Below, one piece after another: positions 8,759-18,119 of a stretch of DNA of 33,681 nt. Location of the stretch: positions 1-33,681 of IMG/VR virus record IMGVR_UViG_3300037307_000296; one strand, written 5' to 3'. The stretch's first letter is position 1. Each line of letters begins with the position of its first letter. This DNA comes from a virus. Taxonomy: Duplodnaviria > Caudoviricetes. The position numbers and the translations under genes are program-made. The notes below the pieces were generated by a model, which worked only from the letters and a program-made list of their open reading frames with translations, was not told where the DNA came from and ran no database searches.

Positions 8759-9181
8759 ATGACTGGCAGGGTGACCTGGTGGTCGGGTACGTTATGCAAG
8801 CCCCGGCGGCGGCGTCCGCCGCCGCCGGGCTATGAGCCGGTCGCGGTATGGATCGTGCGGGACGAATGGCCTGTGATCCACTCCCAGGTGGCGATGCGGC
8901 ACGTGCGGGCTGTCAGCGAGGCACAGACCAACGCCCGTGAGGCCGTGCTGCGCATCGCACATGACATCATGGCGGCACAGGTGCCGTACTGGTGGGTAAC
9001 CTACGCGGGCATCGCGCGGCGGCCCGGCCTGGTGCTGGGCTGGCTGGCTGAGGAGCTTGGCCTGATGGCCCCTGGCGTTGACGTGTACGATGCTGACGGG
9101 AAATGGTGGGAGGAATGCGAGCGTGAAGAATTACGTGCTGGTGAGGGGCAAGGAAATCGTCGAAGTGATGCCGGGCCGTGA
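8759..9181 (+). CDS. Hypothetical protein resembling the C-terminal half of a sulfotransferase
   Basis: VWIVRDEWPVIHSQ and VTYAGIARRPGLVLGWLAEELGL resemble the VRDP..V..S and YEDL..P..L..LGL motifs. Confidence 0.45.
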   Translation: MTGRVTWWSGTLCKPRRRRPPPPGYEPVAVWIVRDEWPVIHSQVAMRHVRAVSEAQTNAREAVLRIAHDIMAAQVPYWWVTYAGIARRPGLVLGWLAEELGLMAPGVDVYDADGKWWEECEREELRAGEGQGNRRSDAGP

Positions 9182-9350
9182 GGCCCGCCGCGATCAGCTG
9201 ATCGCCGCCGGGTACACGTGGGCAAACCGCCCCACCCCGGACCCGGAGCCGGACCCGGCGCCGGCGCCTGAAGAATTTGCTGAGAACCCCAAGCGCGGGC
9301 GCGGTAAGCAGCCGCGAGGGGGCAAGCCAGATATCGAGCTGGAGAGATAG
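9123..9350 (+). CDS. Small head-associated protein with Pro/Lys-rich tail
   Basis: GGAGG upstream of GTG 9123; typical position after the capsid gene. Confidence 0.55.
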   Translation: MKNYVLVRGKEIVEVMPGREARRDQLIAAGYTWANRPTPDPEPDPAPAPEEFAENPKRGRGKQPRGGKPDIELER

Positions 9351-9352
9351 CG

Positions 9353-9931
9353 ATGGCAGCACGCGCTGGGATGCTTAACCTGATCCGCCGCCTGCGGGGT
9401 ATGACGCAGGCCGGGACTGCCGACTACAGTGTGGCAGGCATTACCTGGTGGTCCGACGATCATCTCCAGGAGGTGCTTGACTTGCACCGCGTCGATCTCA
9501 ACTATGTGCCGCTGGTGAGCGAGCGCGAGTACAGCGGCGGCACGGCGTTGTACTACGATTACTACGCCCCGCTGGGCAATCTGGAGGAGACCAACAGCGG
9601 GGCGGCGTACTTTGCCATTGAGGACAGCGACGGCGATGACGTGGCAGACACGCTGTACAGTATGGACTACCTGCGGGGGCGTGTGCGTTTCCACGCCGAC
9701 CAGGGCGGCACGGCGTACTACATCCGCGGGCGGTCTTACAATCTCAACAGTGCCGCCGCGGATATCTGGCGGCAAAAGATGGGCTGGCGTGCCGATTTCG
9801 TAACCTTCCGCGCGGACGATCAGCAGTTCAATCAGTCGGATTGGTTCAAACACTGCGCAGAGATGGCCGCGTACTTCGATAGACAGGGTGGTGCCAGCCA
9901 ATCGACGCTGGGGAGGCTTGATCTGACATGA
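9353..9931 (+). CDS. Head-tail adaptor/connector
   Basis: Synteny; WSDDHLQEVL and YNLNSAAADIW motifs. Confidence 0.7.
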   Translation: MAARAGMLNLIRRLRGMTQAGTADYSVAGITWWSDDHLQEVLDLHRVDLNYVPLVSEREYSGGTALYYDYYAPLGNLEETNSGAAYFAIEDSDGDDVADTLYSMDYLRGRVRFHADQGGTAYYIRGRSYNLNSAAADIWRQKMGWRADFVTFRADDQQFNQSDWFKHCAEMAAYFDRQGGASQSTLGRLDLT

Positions 9932-10308
9932 CGCTCAAGACACCCACCACAGCCGATATCGCGCGCTTCCGCGCGGTCGCTGATGACATCCTGACTCAGA
10001 CGTGTACCGTTACGCGCAACACCCCCAGCAGCGACAGCGCCGGGGGATGGACCGACAGCTGGGCTACTGTCAGCAGCTCGACCCCGTGCCGCCTGGCGGT
10101 GCGTGGGGTGATCATCACCCATGACCTGGTGCGGTCAAGTGAGCGCCTGATGGCTGGCCTCGATTACACGCTCAAACTGGCGTATGATGCAGACATCGCA
10201 CGCGGGGATAGGGTGACAATCGATAGTGTGACCTATCAGATAGAGTCTGTATGGGATGATCACCAGTGGATGACCGTCAAGCGCTGCAAACTGAGCAAGG
10301 TCTACTGA
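9928..10308 (+). CDS. Head closure / head-tail joining protein
   Basis: DSAGGWTDSW, DIARGDRVTIDSVTYQI (SPP1 gp16-like). Confidence 0.8.
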   Translation: MTLKTPTTADIARFRAVADDILTQTCTVTRNTPSSDSAGGWTDSWATVSSSTPCRLAVRGVIITHDLVRSSERLMAGLDYTLKLAYDADIARGDRVTIDSVTYQIESVWDDHQWMTVKRCKLSKVY

Positions 10309-10309
10309 G

Positions 10310-10717
10310 ATGAGCGCCGTCATCACCGCTGTGCAGACCGGGATACATGCCGCGCTGAACGTGGCGGCAATCACAGACCTGACCGGCTCCGGCAAGATTT
10401 ACGCCGCAATTGCGCCGCTCGGTACAGCCCTGCCGCTGGTGATCTACCAGCAGCAGGGCGGCGGGGACGAAAACCTGACCCCCTCGCGGATGCGGAACGT
10501 GCTCTACACGGTCAAGGCTGTGGCATCGAGCCGGGCGACCGCCGCCGGGATTGATGCCCAGATCGACACAGCACTGCACAACGTGACGCTGACAGTGGGC
10601 GGCTGGACCGCCTTCTGGTGCGCGCGCGAAACTGATATCGAGTATGCCGAGGTGGATGATGCAGGTGATGTAATCTACCACATCGGCGGTATCTATCGTA
10701 TACGGATAGGAGCATAA
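10310..10717 (+). CDS. Tail terminator (DUF3168/SPP1 gp17-like)
   Basis: IYAAIAP...PLVIY, IDTALH; precedes tail tube gene. Confidence 0.75.
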   Translation: MSAVITAVQTGIHAALNVAAITDLTGSGKIYAAIAPLGTALPLVIYQQQGGGDENLTPSRMRNVLYTVKAVASSRATAAGIDAQIDTALHNVTLTVGGWTAFWCARETDIEYAEVDDAGDVIYHIGGIYRIRIGA

Positions 10718-10721
10718 TATT

Positions 10722-11114
10722 ATGGCCGAATATACCGGTAAAAATCTCTACATCACGTTTGACGGCAATGTCTTGACTGGCGATCAGCGCACCTTCACCG
10801 TGACCGAAACTATGGAGGTGGTCGACGCCAGTGCGGGGGCGGATGTTGCGCGTACATACCTGACCACGCTTGAAGATGGGTCTGCGACATTGGAACTGCT
10901 GCATCAAGAGGATGGCACGGTGTTGTGGGGCAACGTGGATAAGGGCACATCAGGCACCCTGATTTGGGCGCCAGAGGGCACTGCGACGGGCAAAGCCAAG
11001 CACACCGTAACGGCAATCGTGATCAGCCGCGAGCAGTCGATGCCGTACGACGACGTGGTGGCGCTCACCATCGAGTTCCAATTCACCGGCGTGGTTTCGG
11101 ACACGACATACTAA
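10722..11114 (+). CDS. Major tail (tube) protein
   Basis: AGGAG RBS; Thr-rich beta protein ending IEFQFTG. Confidence 0.8.
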   Translation: MAEYTGKNLYITFDGNVLTGDQRTFTVTETMEVVDASAGADVARTYLTTLEDGSATLELLHQEDGTVLWGNVDKGTSGTLIWAPEGTATGKAKHTVTAIVISREQSMPYDDVVALTIEFQFTGVVSDTTY

Positions 11115-11135
11115 CGATGGGAAGAATGGTGGCGG

Positions 11136-11384
11136 ATGGCGCGCGAGGTTGAGCTTCACGACGGGCGCAGGTTGAGCCTAAACCCGTATGCACTGAGCTG
11201 GGATGATGTGACGGCCCTGATCGAGGCCGGTCGCCAGGACGGCCCGGAGTACAAGCGGCTCGTGGGCAAGGCGTTCGGGCTAAGCGGTGAGGAGTTCGGA
11301 GCCTTGCCATTCCCAGACGCCTCCAAACTTGACCGGGCGGTGGGGGACTTCCTACGCAATCCGGTAGGAGCCGACCCAAACTGA
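11136..11384 (+). CDS. Tail assembly chaperone (G)
   Basis: Follows tail tube gene; ends at slippery CCCAAAC-TGA. Confidence 0.75.
   Translation: MAREVELHDGRRLSLNPYALSWDDVTALIEAGRQDGPEYKRLVGKAFGLSGEEFGALPFPDASKLDRAVGDFLRNPVGADPN
11375..11381 (+). other. -1 programmed ribosomal frameshift site C-CCA-AAC
   Basis: XXXYYYZ heptamer in the correct phase just before the stop; the -1 frame is open to 11602. Confidence 0.8.
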
Positions 11385-11602
11385 GCAAGGCGATCTACAC
11401 CAGCGCGGTGTTCAGGGCGGGCGTGGACCGCGAGCACTGGCGGAAGATACTGCGCTGGCGGATCGCCCGTGACACCGGATGGAGCCTGAGCGAGGTTGAC
11501 GCGATGACGATGGGGGATGTGTGGGAGTACCTGAGCGTCCTCGATGGCGAGGCCAAGGTGCTGGAGCACCGTAAGCCAAGAGGGCGCCGGAAGGGGCGCT
11601 GA
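11381..11602 (+). CDS. Tail assembly chaperone frameshift extension (T part of G-T)
   Basis: LSKAIYTSAVF...GWSLSEVDAMTMGDV in the -1 frame. Confidence 0.7.
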   Translation: MSKAIYTSAVFRAGVDREHWRKILRWRIARDTGWSLSEVDAMTMGDVWEYLSVLDGEAKVLEHRKPRGRRKGR

Positions 11603-11604
11603 TC

Positions 11605-11940
11605 GTGCCGGTGTCGATTACGGTCAAGATCGACATGAGCAGGCTGCAAGCGGTGATCGCGCGGTTGCCCGACGGCGCGTCGTTTGCCGCGGAGTTGGGG
11701 GCAGATGCCATCGAGAGCCGTGCCAAGCAGCTCGCCCCGGTGCGCACCGGGGCGTTGAAGAACAGCATCGGGAAGCGGAACGTTGGATCGTGGTGGTATG
11801 TGGTCGCCGATATTTACTACGCGATCTTTGTCGAGCTCGGGACTCGCAAGATGGCAGCGCGCCCGTACCTGGTGCCTGCTGTTGACTCGGTAGACTGGAG
11901 ATCGATTGTCGCTGCGGTCCTGCGCAGGATAGGGCTGTGA
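11605..11940 (+). CDS. HK97 gp10-family tail completion protein
   Basis: APVRTGALKNSI, YAIFVELGTRKMAARPYLVPA. Confidence 0.9.
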   Translation: MPVSITVKIDMSRLQAVIARLPDGASFAAELGADAIESRAKQLAPVRTGALKNSIGKRNVGSWWYVVADIYYAIFVELGTRKMAARPYLVPAVDSVDWRSIVAAVLRRIGL

Positions 11941-11941
11941 C

Positions 11942-14026
11942 ATGACGACAGTAGCATCAATCGACATCCGCATCGCGGCGCAAGGGGCCGATGATGCGAT
12001 GCGTGAGCTGCGGCGCGTCACTGGTGGGCTTGACGATGTGGGCAAAGCGGGTAAGGCCACCGGTGGGCATCTTGACAATCTGCTGACCGGGGTCAAGGCG
12101 CTTGCTGCAGGGTTTGTCGCCACGCAGGTGGCGCGCTTTGCCGCAGACGTGATGCAGGTCGGGGCGGCCTCGCTCCGTGCCGAACACTCGCTCAACGCGC
12201 TGACCGAGGGGCGCGCGGATGAGTTCATCCAGCGCGTAGGCGCGGCGTCGCGCGGCACGGTCTCTGACCTCGATATGATGAGCGCCAGCGCCCGCGCGCT
12301 GCGCTTTGGCGTGGTAGACAGCGCACAAGATATGGAGCTGCTCACGCGCGCCGCCCGCGCGCTGGGCACCACGATGGGGATGGACACCACCGCCGCTCTC
12401 AATGACCTGGTGACCGGTATCGGGCGCGCCAGCCCTATGATCCTGGACAACCTTGGTTTGGTTGTGAAGCTGGGCGAAGTGCAGGAAGAAGCCAACCGCA
12501 TCATGGCGGAAACGCCGGGGCTGACCTACGCGATGGCACAGCGCCAGGCGCTGTATAACAGCGTCATCCAGCAGGGGCTGGCGCTGGAAGCCGACTTGGG
12601 CGGCACAATGGATGATGCGGCGGCCAGTACCGAGCGCATGGCCGCGGCGGTCGCAAATCTGAAGGCCGAATTGGGCGCGATTGCGGCAACGGCACTTGCT
12701 CCGGCAATTGACCAGGCTGCGCAGGATGTGACCAGCCTGTCGAGCGGATTCGATGAGTTCGTCGGCACCATCCGGGGCGTGCGGGCCGCATACGAGCAGC
12801 ACAGCCGCGATGTGGCGTCCACCACAGGCAGTTATGGCGAGTGGCTGGCAGAGATGACGCGTATCCAACAGGACATGGGCGCGATGGGGCGCTTGATGCT
12901 GACCGGCCCGCAGTTGAGCCTCAGCATCAGTGAGTACGACCGGCTGACCGATGAGGTCCGAGCGCTGCAGGCTGCACAATCCACCGAGATCGAGATGCAG
13001 CGGGCCGTCAATTATACCCGTGCGCTGGGAGTGGACAGCACGATCGAGGCTGTCATGAGCACCGAGGAGCTGACGGCCTCGATCCAGAGCGCCGCCGATG
13101 TGGTGCTGGAGTATGCGAATGCGGTGCAGTTCCAGGCACAGGCACAGATGAGTGCGCTGGGGGCGGCCCAGCAGATGTCTCAGATTGCGGCGGACCATTA
13201 TGTGAGCCAGCGCGAGCTGGCAGACGTTTACGCGGTTGGCACGGAGATGCTGGGACAGTATAACCTCAGCGCGGTGCAAACCGTCGAGTTTATGCAGGCT
13301 TTGGGCCTGGCAACCGGACAAATCACACAGGAGCAGATCAACCAGGCGACCGGGGTGCGAGAGCTGACCAACCTGTATACCGGCCTGGTCGCGGATGGCC
13401 TGATGCCTGCTGCCGAGGCGGGTAGCGCGTATGCCGCCGCGCTGCAGCAGGTGGCAGCCGGGGCTGATGCCCAGCAGGTGGCGCTTGATGCCCAGCGCAC
13501 CGCGCTGCAATCGACGCTCCTCGAGGCGGAGTATCTGGGCGAAGGCTTTATGACGATGGGCGGCACAATGGAGCAGTCGATCCGCACCGGCGTGCCTGCA
13601 ATTGAGGAAGTACAGGCGGCCTTGACGACCCTGAGCACGCAGCAGGGGCAAATCAACATCAACGCAGACGACGCCGGGGCCGCAATGGCCGCGATCGAGG
13701 CCGTACAGGGCGCGCTGCATGCCCTGTCTGCCACGGTGGCGACCCCCACGATCATCGTGCGTGGCGGCGGCGGCATTGGCGGCTTCGCGGAAGGCGGGCG
13801 TGTTGGGGCCTCCGGTACCTATCTGGTAGGTGAGCAGGGGCCGGAGCTGGTACAGCTCCCGTCCGGCGCGTATGTGCATGACGCCGGGCAAACCCGCTCG
13901 ATGCTGAGCGACCGGCGCGGCGGCGGCCAGGTGGTGATCAACGTTACTGCCCATGACGTGCAAGACACAGTAGCTGCCATCCAGCGTGAGCTGCGTGCGC
14001 AGGGCGTGATTGGAGCACTCCCATGA
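11942..14026 (+). CDS. Tape measure protein
   Basis: Ala-rich helical 694 aa; GRASPMILDNLG; C-terminal FAEGG...LVGEQGPEL. Confidence 0.9.
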   Translation: MTTVASIDIRIAAQGADDAMRELRRVTGGLDDVGKAGKATGGHLDNLLTGVKALAAGFVATQVARFAADVMQVGAASLRAEHSLNALTEGRADEFIQRVGAASRGTVSDLDMMSASARALRFGVVDSAQDMELLTRAARALGTTMGMDTTAALNDLVTGIGRASPMILDNLGLVVKLGEVQEEANRIMAETPGLTYAMAQRQALYNSVIQQGLALEADLGGTMDDAAASTERMAAAVANLKAELGAIAATALAPAIDQAAQDVTSLSSGFDEFVGTIRGVRAAYEQHSRDVASTTGSYGEWLAEMTRIQQDMGAMGRLMLTGPQLSLSISEYDRLTDEVRALQAAQSTEIEMQRAVNYTRALGVDSTIEAVMSTEELTASIQSAADVVLEYANAVQFQAQAQMSALGAAQQMSQIAADHYVSQRELADVYAVGTEMLGQYNLSAVQTVEFMQALGLATGQITQEQINQATGVRELTNLYTGLVADGLMPAAEAGSAYAAALQQVAAGADAQQVALDAQRTALQSTLLEAEYLGEGFMTMGGTMEQSIRTGVPAIEEVQAALTTLSTQQGQININADDAGAAMAAIEAVQGALHALSATVATPTIIVRGGGGIGGFAEGGRVGASGTYLVGEQGPELVQLPSGAYVHDAGQTRSMLSDRRGGGQVVINVTAHDVQDTVAAIQRELRAQGVIGALP

Positions 14027-16353
14027 CCGAGACGCTTCAGTGGGAGGTTGCCATTGACAGCGATGGGGATGGGTACTTCAACGGCCCCAACACGATTTCG
14101 GGGACGACCTATACCTACTGTGCCGAGGGCGGCCTGGGTGACCTGCTGCGCTCGCTCATCATCCAGCGCGGCGCCACGTCGGCGCACGAAATCGTGGCAC
14201 GCTCCAATACTGCGCAGCTGACGTTTGACGGTAGCGACTACTTGCAGTTTTTGGCCACTGCATCCCAGGCATTGCCGCCGCCCCAGCCGGTGGTGGATCG
14301 CGGGATGGCGATCCGCGTGCGCTCACAGTCACCCACTACTGCCGCGCTGGCCGCAACCAACGCCAATCTGGGTTTTGCCGCGGTGGGTATTGGCGATGGC
14401 ACGCACGCGAGGGTCTGGGATGGCACAGCCACCGATTACCTTGACATGTACTACGACGGCCTGGAGGCGCGCATCAGCAGCAGCACAGGCACCATTATCG
14501 CGTGGGTCTACTGTGACGCGGCCGCGTTCAGCGACGCGGACAATCACCACATCATCGAGCTGTACTTCTCCACCGTCGGTCAGCGCATCCGCATCTACCT
14601 CGCGGCGTCAACACAGACGATCCGGGGCCAGTACCGCGACGGCGTGACGATTGACACCATCGATATCGGCAACATCAGCGCCGCGACGTGGTACATGGTG
14701 ACGCTCACCTGGGATAAGAGCGGTGATGCCATCGGGGGCTATCTGAACACGACCGCATGCTCCGGGGCCAGCGGGCTCGCCACCATCAGCGGCGCGCTGA
14801 ACCATGTGGCGCTGGGGGCACGCTGGGTGAGCGGCACGACGACCTATGCGGATGCGTGGGAGGGCCGTCTGGCACATATCGCGGTGTTTGACACTGTCCT
14901 GAGCAGCACGCAGGTAAGTGAGCTTTATGCAGACTGGCAGGCGGCGAAGCCGATGGAGCGCCGCATTAAGGCGCTCAAGCCAAAGGGATACTGGCTGTGC
15001 TATGCCGAGAGCAACGCGGCCAGCACCTCAAACTATTCGCACGACATGGCACGCTGGCAAACCCACTTCACGGGCTGGGTCCAGAGCGTGCAGATTGACC
15101 CGGACCACAACAACACGCGCAACGCGGTCCTGGACTGTGTGGGCTACTTTGATCGGCTGATGGCCGTGGAGGCCGCCCTGCCGGTGCAGGAAGGCAAGCG
15201 CAGCGATGAGGTGATCAGCGCGCTGATCACGTCCGCTGCGGAGTACCCGCCTGTCTTTGCGGGCTGGGTGCTGGGACACCCGCGCCTGTCGCGGTTGGGC
15301 CGCACGACGCGGCTGCTCACAGGGGCATCGGACTACAGCGATCTTGACGTGGGCCAAACGGTGTTCCATTATGCGGGGGACAACTGGGAGCGCGGCACCA
15401 GTGTGCGCAGCGCGATACAGCAGATCGCGGATGCGGAACGCGCGTTCCTGATCTACGAGAACCGGTATGGTGAGTTCGTATTCCGCAACCGCCACTACCC
15501 CTGGCTCAATTTGCTTGACAGCGCAGCGGGCGCGCTCACGGCCTCAGTCACGCTGCGGGGCCGCACCCAGCACGCGCGCGGCGCGCGGCTGCTCAACGAT
15601 TGTACGGTATCGTATAACCCGCGCTATGTGCAAGCGGGCCAGACGCTGCACACCATCCAGGAGGCGGTGCTTTTCGGCGCGGGCGAGACCCGCAGCATGT
15701 CACTGCGCTATGAGGGCGGCGCCGGGGAGCAGGTAGGCGGGCGCGATGTATCGTTCACCTTCGCCGCAAACGCGGCGGCGGACGGCAGCGGCGAGGACCT
15801 GACAGGCAACATCACCACGATCGAGACCGAGTACGGCAACCGGCTTGACGTCGAGGTGACCAACAATGCAGCGGTGGACGCATACATCCAGGCGGGGTCG
15901 TATGTGGCCGGTACCAAGATCACGGATTACGGCAGGCAGAGCTACCGCAAGCAGGATGACGACAGCATCTTCCAATACGGGCGCGCGGCGGGCGAGATTC
16001 CGCTCACGATGCTGGATGATGCGGCGTTCGCCGCACAGGTGGCCAATTTCGAGGTGCTCGTCCGCCGCGCGTCACTGGATGCCCTGGAGCGCACCGCTGT
16101 GCATGGACAGGAGAGCGCGGCTAACATGATCCTTGCGCGCTCGCTCGATATTGGTGACCGGGTGACGCACTCCGGCTATCGAGTCTATAACGTCGCCAGT
16201 CACATTGTCGGGATCACCGAGCGATGGGACTTGGCAGGTGGATATATCAGCGAGTTTATCCTGCGGCCGGCCCCTACCACCGATACGCCGGTGTGGGTGC
16301 TGGGCAATGCAGATTATGGCGATATTGGCGAGACGACCTACCTCGCGCTGTAA
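14023..16353 (+). CDS. Tail tip/hub protein with inserted LamG (ConA-like) domain
   Basis: Directly after the tape measure gene; TWYMVTLTWD...YLN, WEGRLAHIAVFDTVLSSTQVSELY are LamG_3-like. Confidence 0.75.
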   Translation: MTETLQWEVAIDSDGDGYFNGPNTISGTTYTYCAEGGLGDLLRSLIIQRGATSAHEIVARSNTAQLTFDGSDYLQFLATASQALPPPQPVVDRGMAIRVRSQSPTTAALAATNANLGFAAVGIGDGTHARVWDGTATDYLDMYYDGLEARISSSTGTIIAWVYCDAAAFSDADNHHIIELYFSTVGQRIRIYLAASTQTIRGQYRDGVTIDTIDIGNISAATWYMVTLTWDKSGDAIGGYLNTTACSGASGLATISGALNHVALGARWVSGTTTYADAWEGRLAHIAVFDTVLSSTQVSELYADWQAAKPMERRIKALKPKGYWLCYAESNAASTSNYSHDMARWQTHFTGWVQSVQIDPDHNNTRNAVLDCVGYFDRLMAVEAALPVQEGKRSDEVISALITSAAEYPPVFAGWVLGHPRLSRLGRTTRLLTGASDYSDLDVGQTVFHYAGDNWERGTSVRSAIQQIADAERAFLIYENRYGEFVFRNRHYPWLNLLDSAAGALTASVTLRGRTQHARGARLLNDCTVSYNPRYVQAGQTLHTIQEAVLFGAGETRSMSLRYEGGAGEQVGGRDVSFTFAANAAADGSGEDLTGNITTIETEYGNRLDVEVTNNAAVDAYIQAGSYVAGTKITDYGRQSYRKQDDDSIFQYGRAAGEIPLTMLDDAAFAAQVANFEVLVRRASLDALERTAVHGQESAANMILARSLDIGDRVTHSGYRVYNVASHIVGITERWDLAGGYISEFILRPAPTTDTPVWVLGNADYGDIGETTYLAL

Positions 16354-16368
16354 CAGGAGAGATGGATC

Positions 16369-16977
16369 ATGGCGTATTCGGACCCCGGCAGCCAGACCAC
16401 TGGCGACCTGATCACTGCGGCGATCTGGAACCAGAACGTGGTGAGCAACATCGATTATCTGTATGCAGCACTACATGACGTGATCGAGTTCGACGACTAT
16501 CAGGAGGTTGTCAACACGACGGACGAGACTACTATCCTGAGCTACACCGTGACCGGCGGCACGCTGGGCACGGACAAAAGCATCAGGCTGATGTTTGGAC
16601 TGTCGTTCTACAACAACACCGGCGGCGCTGAAACGATCACTGTCAAAGTCAAGCTGGGCAGCACGACGTTGCACACGGGGATTTACAATAGCATCACCAA
16701 CTCATCGACGGCGCGGTCTATCGCGCTGTGGGATGTGGTGATTGCCAACGAGGACAGCGCCAGTGCGCAGCGGTCGATTGCGCGGGCGGCATCTGCGATG
16801 GGGCTGGCTGCGGCCAGTCTGTCAACAGCGACGGTACAGATCGGCTGGCAGACCGCCACCGAAAGCACGGCAAGCGATCTGGCGCTAACTGTCACAGTTG
16901 ACCCCAACACGGCCAGCGCGAGCCTGAGCGCGCGGCTGATCGGCGCGGTTGTCATCAAGCCGGTTGCTGCGAGTTAG
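16369..16977 (+). CDS. Tail fibre/minor tail protein
   Basis: N-terminal TGDLITAAIWNQNV..N.YL; Thr/Ser-rich beta domain. Confidence 0.7.
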   Translation: MAYSDPGSQTTGDLITAAIWNQNVVSNIDYLYAALHDVIEFDDYQEVVNTTDETTILSYTVTGGTLGTDKSIRLMFGLSFYNNTGGAETITVKVKLGSTTLHTGIYNSITNSSTARSIALWDVVIANEDSASAQRSIARAASAMGLAAASLSTATVQIGWQTATESTASDLALTVTVDPNTASASLSARLIGAVVIKPVAAS

Positions 16978-16983
16978 GCAATT

Positions 16984-17601
16984 ATGGATAGAGAGCTGAT
17001 ACAGATGATCGTAGACGGCGGGGTAACGGCGGTCTTTGTGCTGCCTGTGATCCTGCTGATTGCGCGCGCTCCCGGCCTGCTGGAGCGCTACCAGAAGATC
17101 GCGCTAGACCGCGAGGCCGCACGGGAGCGTGAGCGCCAGTTTGAGCGCGAGGCTCAGGAGCGCACAGTGCAGACCAATGACACCATGACCGCCACGATCA
17201 GAATACTCAATGCGAGCCTGGAGGATATACTGCGAGCGCACCGGGAGTGGGTGGCACGCTATGGTGCGCTGGAAGAGCGTATGGACGAGCAAACCAGGCA
17301 GTTGGAGGCCCTGCGGGGGGACCTGGCGGCCAAGACGCTGGAGCTGGTGGCGGCGCGGGCCCGCATCACCGAACTGGAGCAGCAGCTAGAGCAGGTGCAT
17401 GCTGATCTGCGCACCAAGACGGACGATTTGGTTGCCGCCCGCAAGCACATCGACGAGCTGCAGGAAGCGCTCCAAAAGGAGATCGGGCGCCGAAATGAGC
17501 TCAAAGCGCAGCGCGATGGGCTGGAAAAGAAGGTCAAAGAGCTGGAGGCGCGCGTGGCGAGCCTGTCGCAGCGCGTCGATGACCAGGAGGCAGCAACATG
17601 A
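16984..17601 (+). CDS. Membrane-anchored coiled-coil protein (i-spanin-like architecture)
   Basis: Single N-terminal hydrophobic helix followed by a long heptad coiled coil. Confidence 0.6.
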   Translation: MDRELIQMIVDGGVTAVFVLPVILLIARAPGLLERYQKIALDREAARERERQFEREAQERTVQTNDTMTATIRILNASLEDILRAHREWVARYGALEERMDEQTRQLEALRGDLAAKTLELVAARARITELEQQLEQVHADLRTKTDDLVAARKHIDELQEALQKEIGRRNELKAQRDGLEKKVKELEARVASLSQRVDDQEAAT

Positions 17602-18119
17602 GGACTCTTATTGTTGTGTTGTGCAGCATTATACTGCTGGCGGCGTGCCGGGCGCCCTATGTACCAATCCCGGCGGATATGACGCCTGTTGTCATAACGC
17701 AGGACGCGCCCCCTACCCCGACGCAGATCGCGCCGGAGCCGGAAGTGCCACCTGCCGGGGAGCAGCCGCCGCCCGCGCCGGATGATGTGCCGTCGCCCTG
17801 GCCGGAGCCGGTGGGTTGGGTGTGCAACCCGCTGGAGCGCACGTACTATGTGCCTGACAACAACATGCGGGTGCGGGCCGGGCCGGGCGTGGACCAGCCG
17901 GAGGCGTGGGATACGCTGTTGTACGCCGGGATGATTTTCCCCCAGGTGGACCTGGGGATGGAGCTGCTGCAATGCCTGGATATGCAGGACCGGGGCGAGG
18001 AGTGGTTCTGCCAGTACGCGCTGGCAGAGGCCTCTGCCAGTGCGTTAGAGTGCGTGGCACACATCGCTGTGGTGGACGGGGCACTGCGGGAGTTCCCAGG
18101 GCGGCTGTATGTCCGGTAA
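17598..18119 (+). CDS. Lipoprotein with Pro-rich linker and SH3b-like domain
   Basis: Signal peptide with LLAA-C lipobox; NMRVRAGPG; ATGA overlap, AGGAGG RBS. Confidence 0.65.
   Translation: MRTLIVVLCSIILLAACRAPYVPIPADMTPVVITQDAPPTPTQIAPEPEVPPAGEQPPPAPDDVPSPWPEPVGWVCNPLERTYYVPDNNMRVRAGPGVDQPEAWDTLLYAGMIFPQVDLGMELLQCLDMQDRGEEWFCQYALAEASASALECVAHIAVVDGALREFPGRLYVR

Noticed and set aside
11957-13963. 668-aa minus-strand ORF and similar long antisense ORFs
   Set aside because: Shadow frames of high-GC genes such as the tape measure; no recognisable motifs
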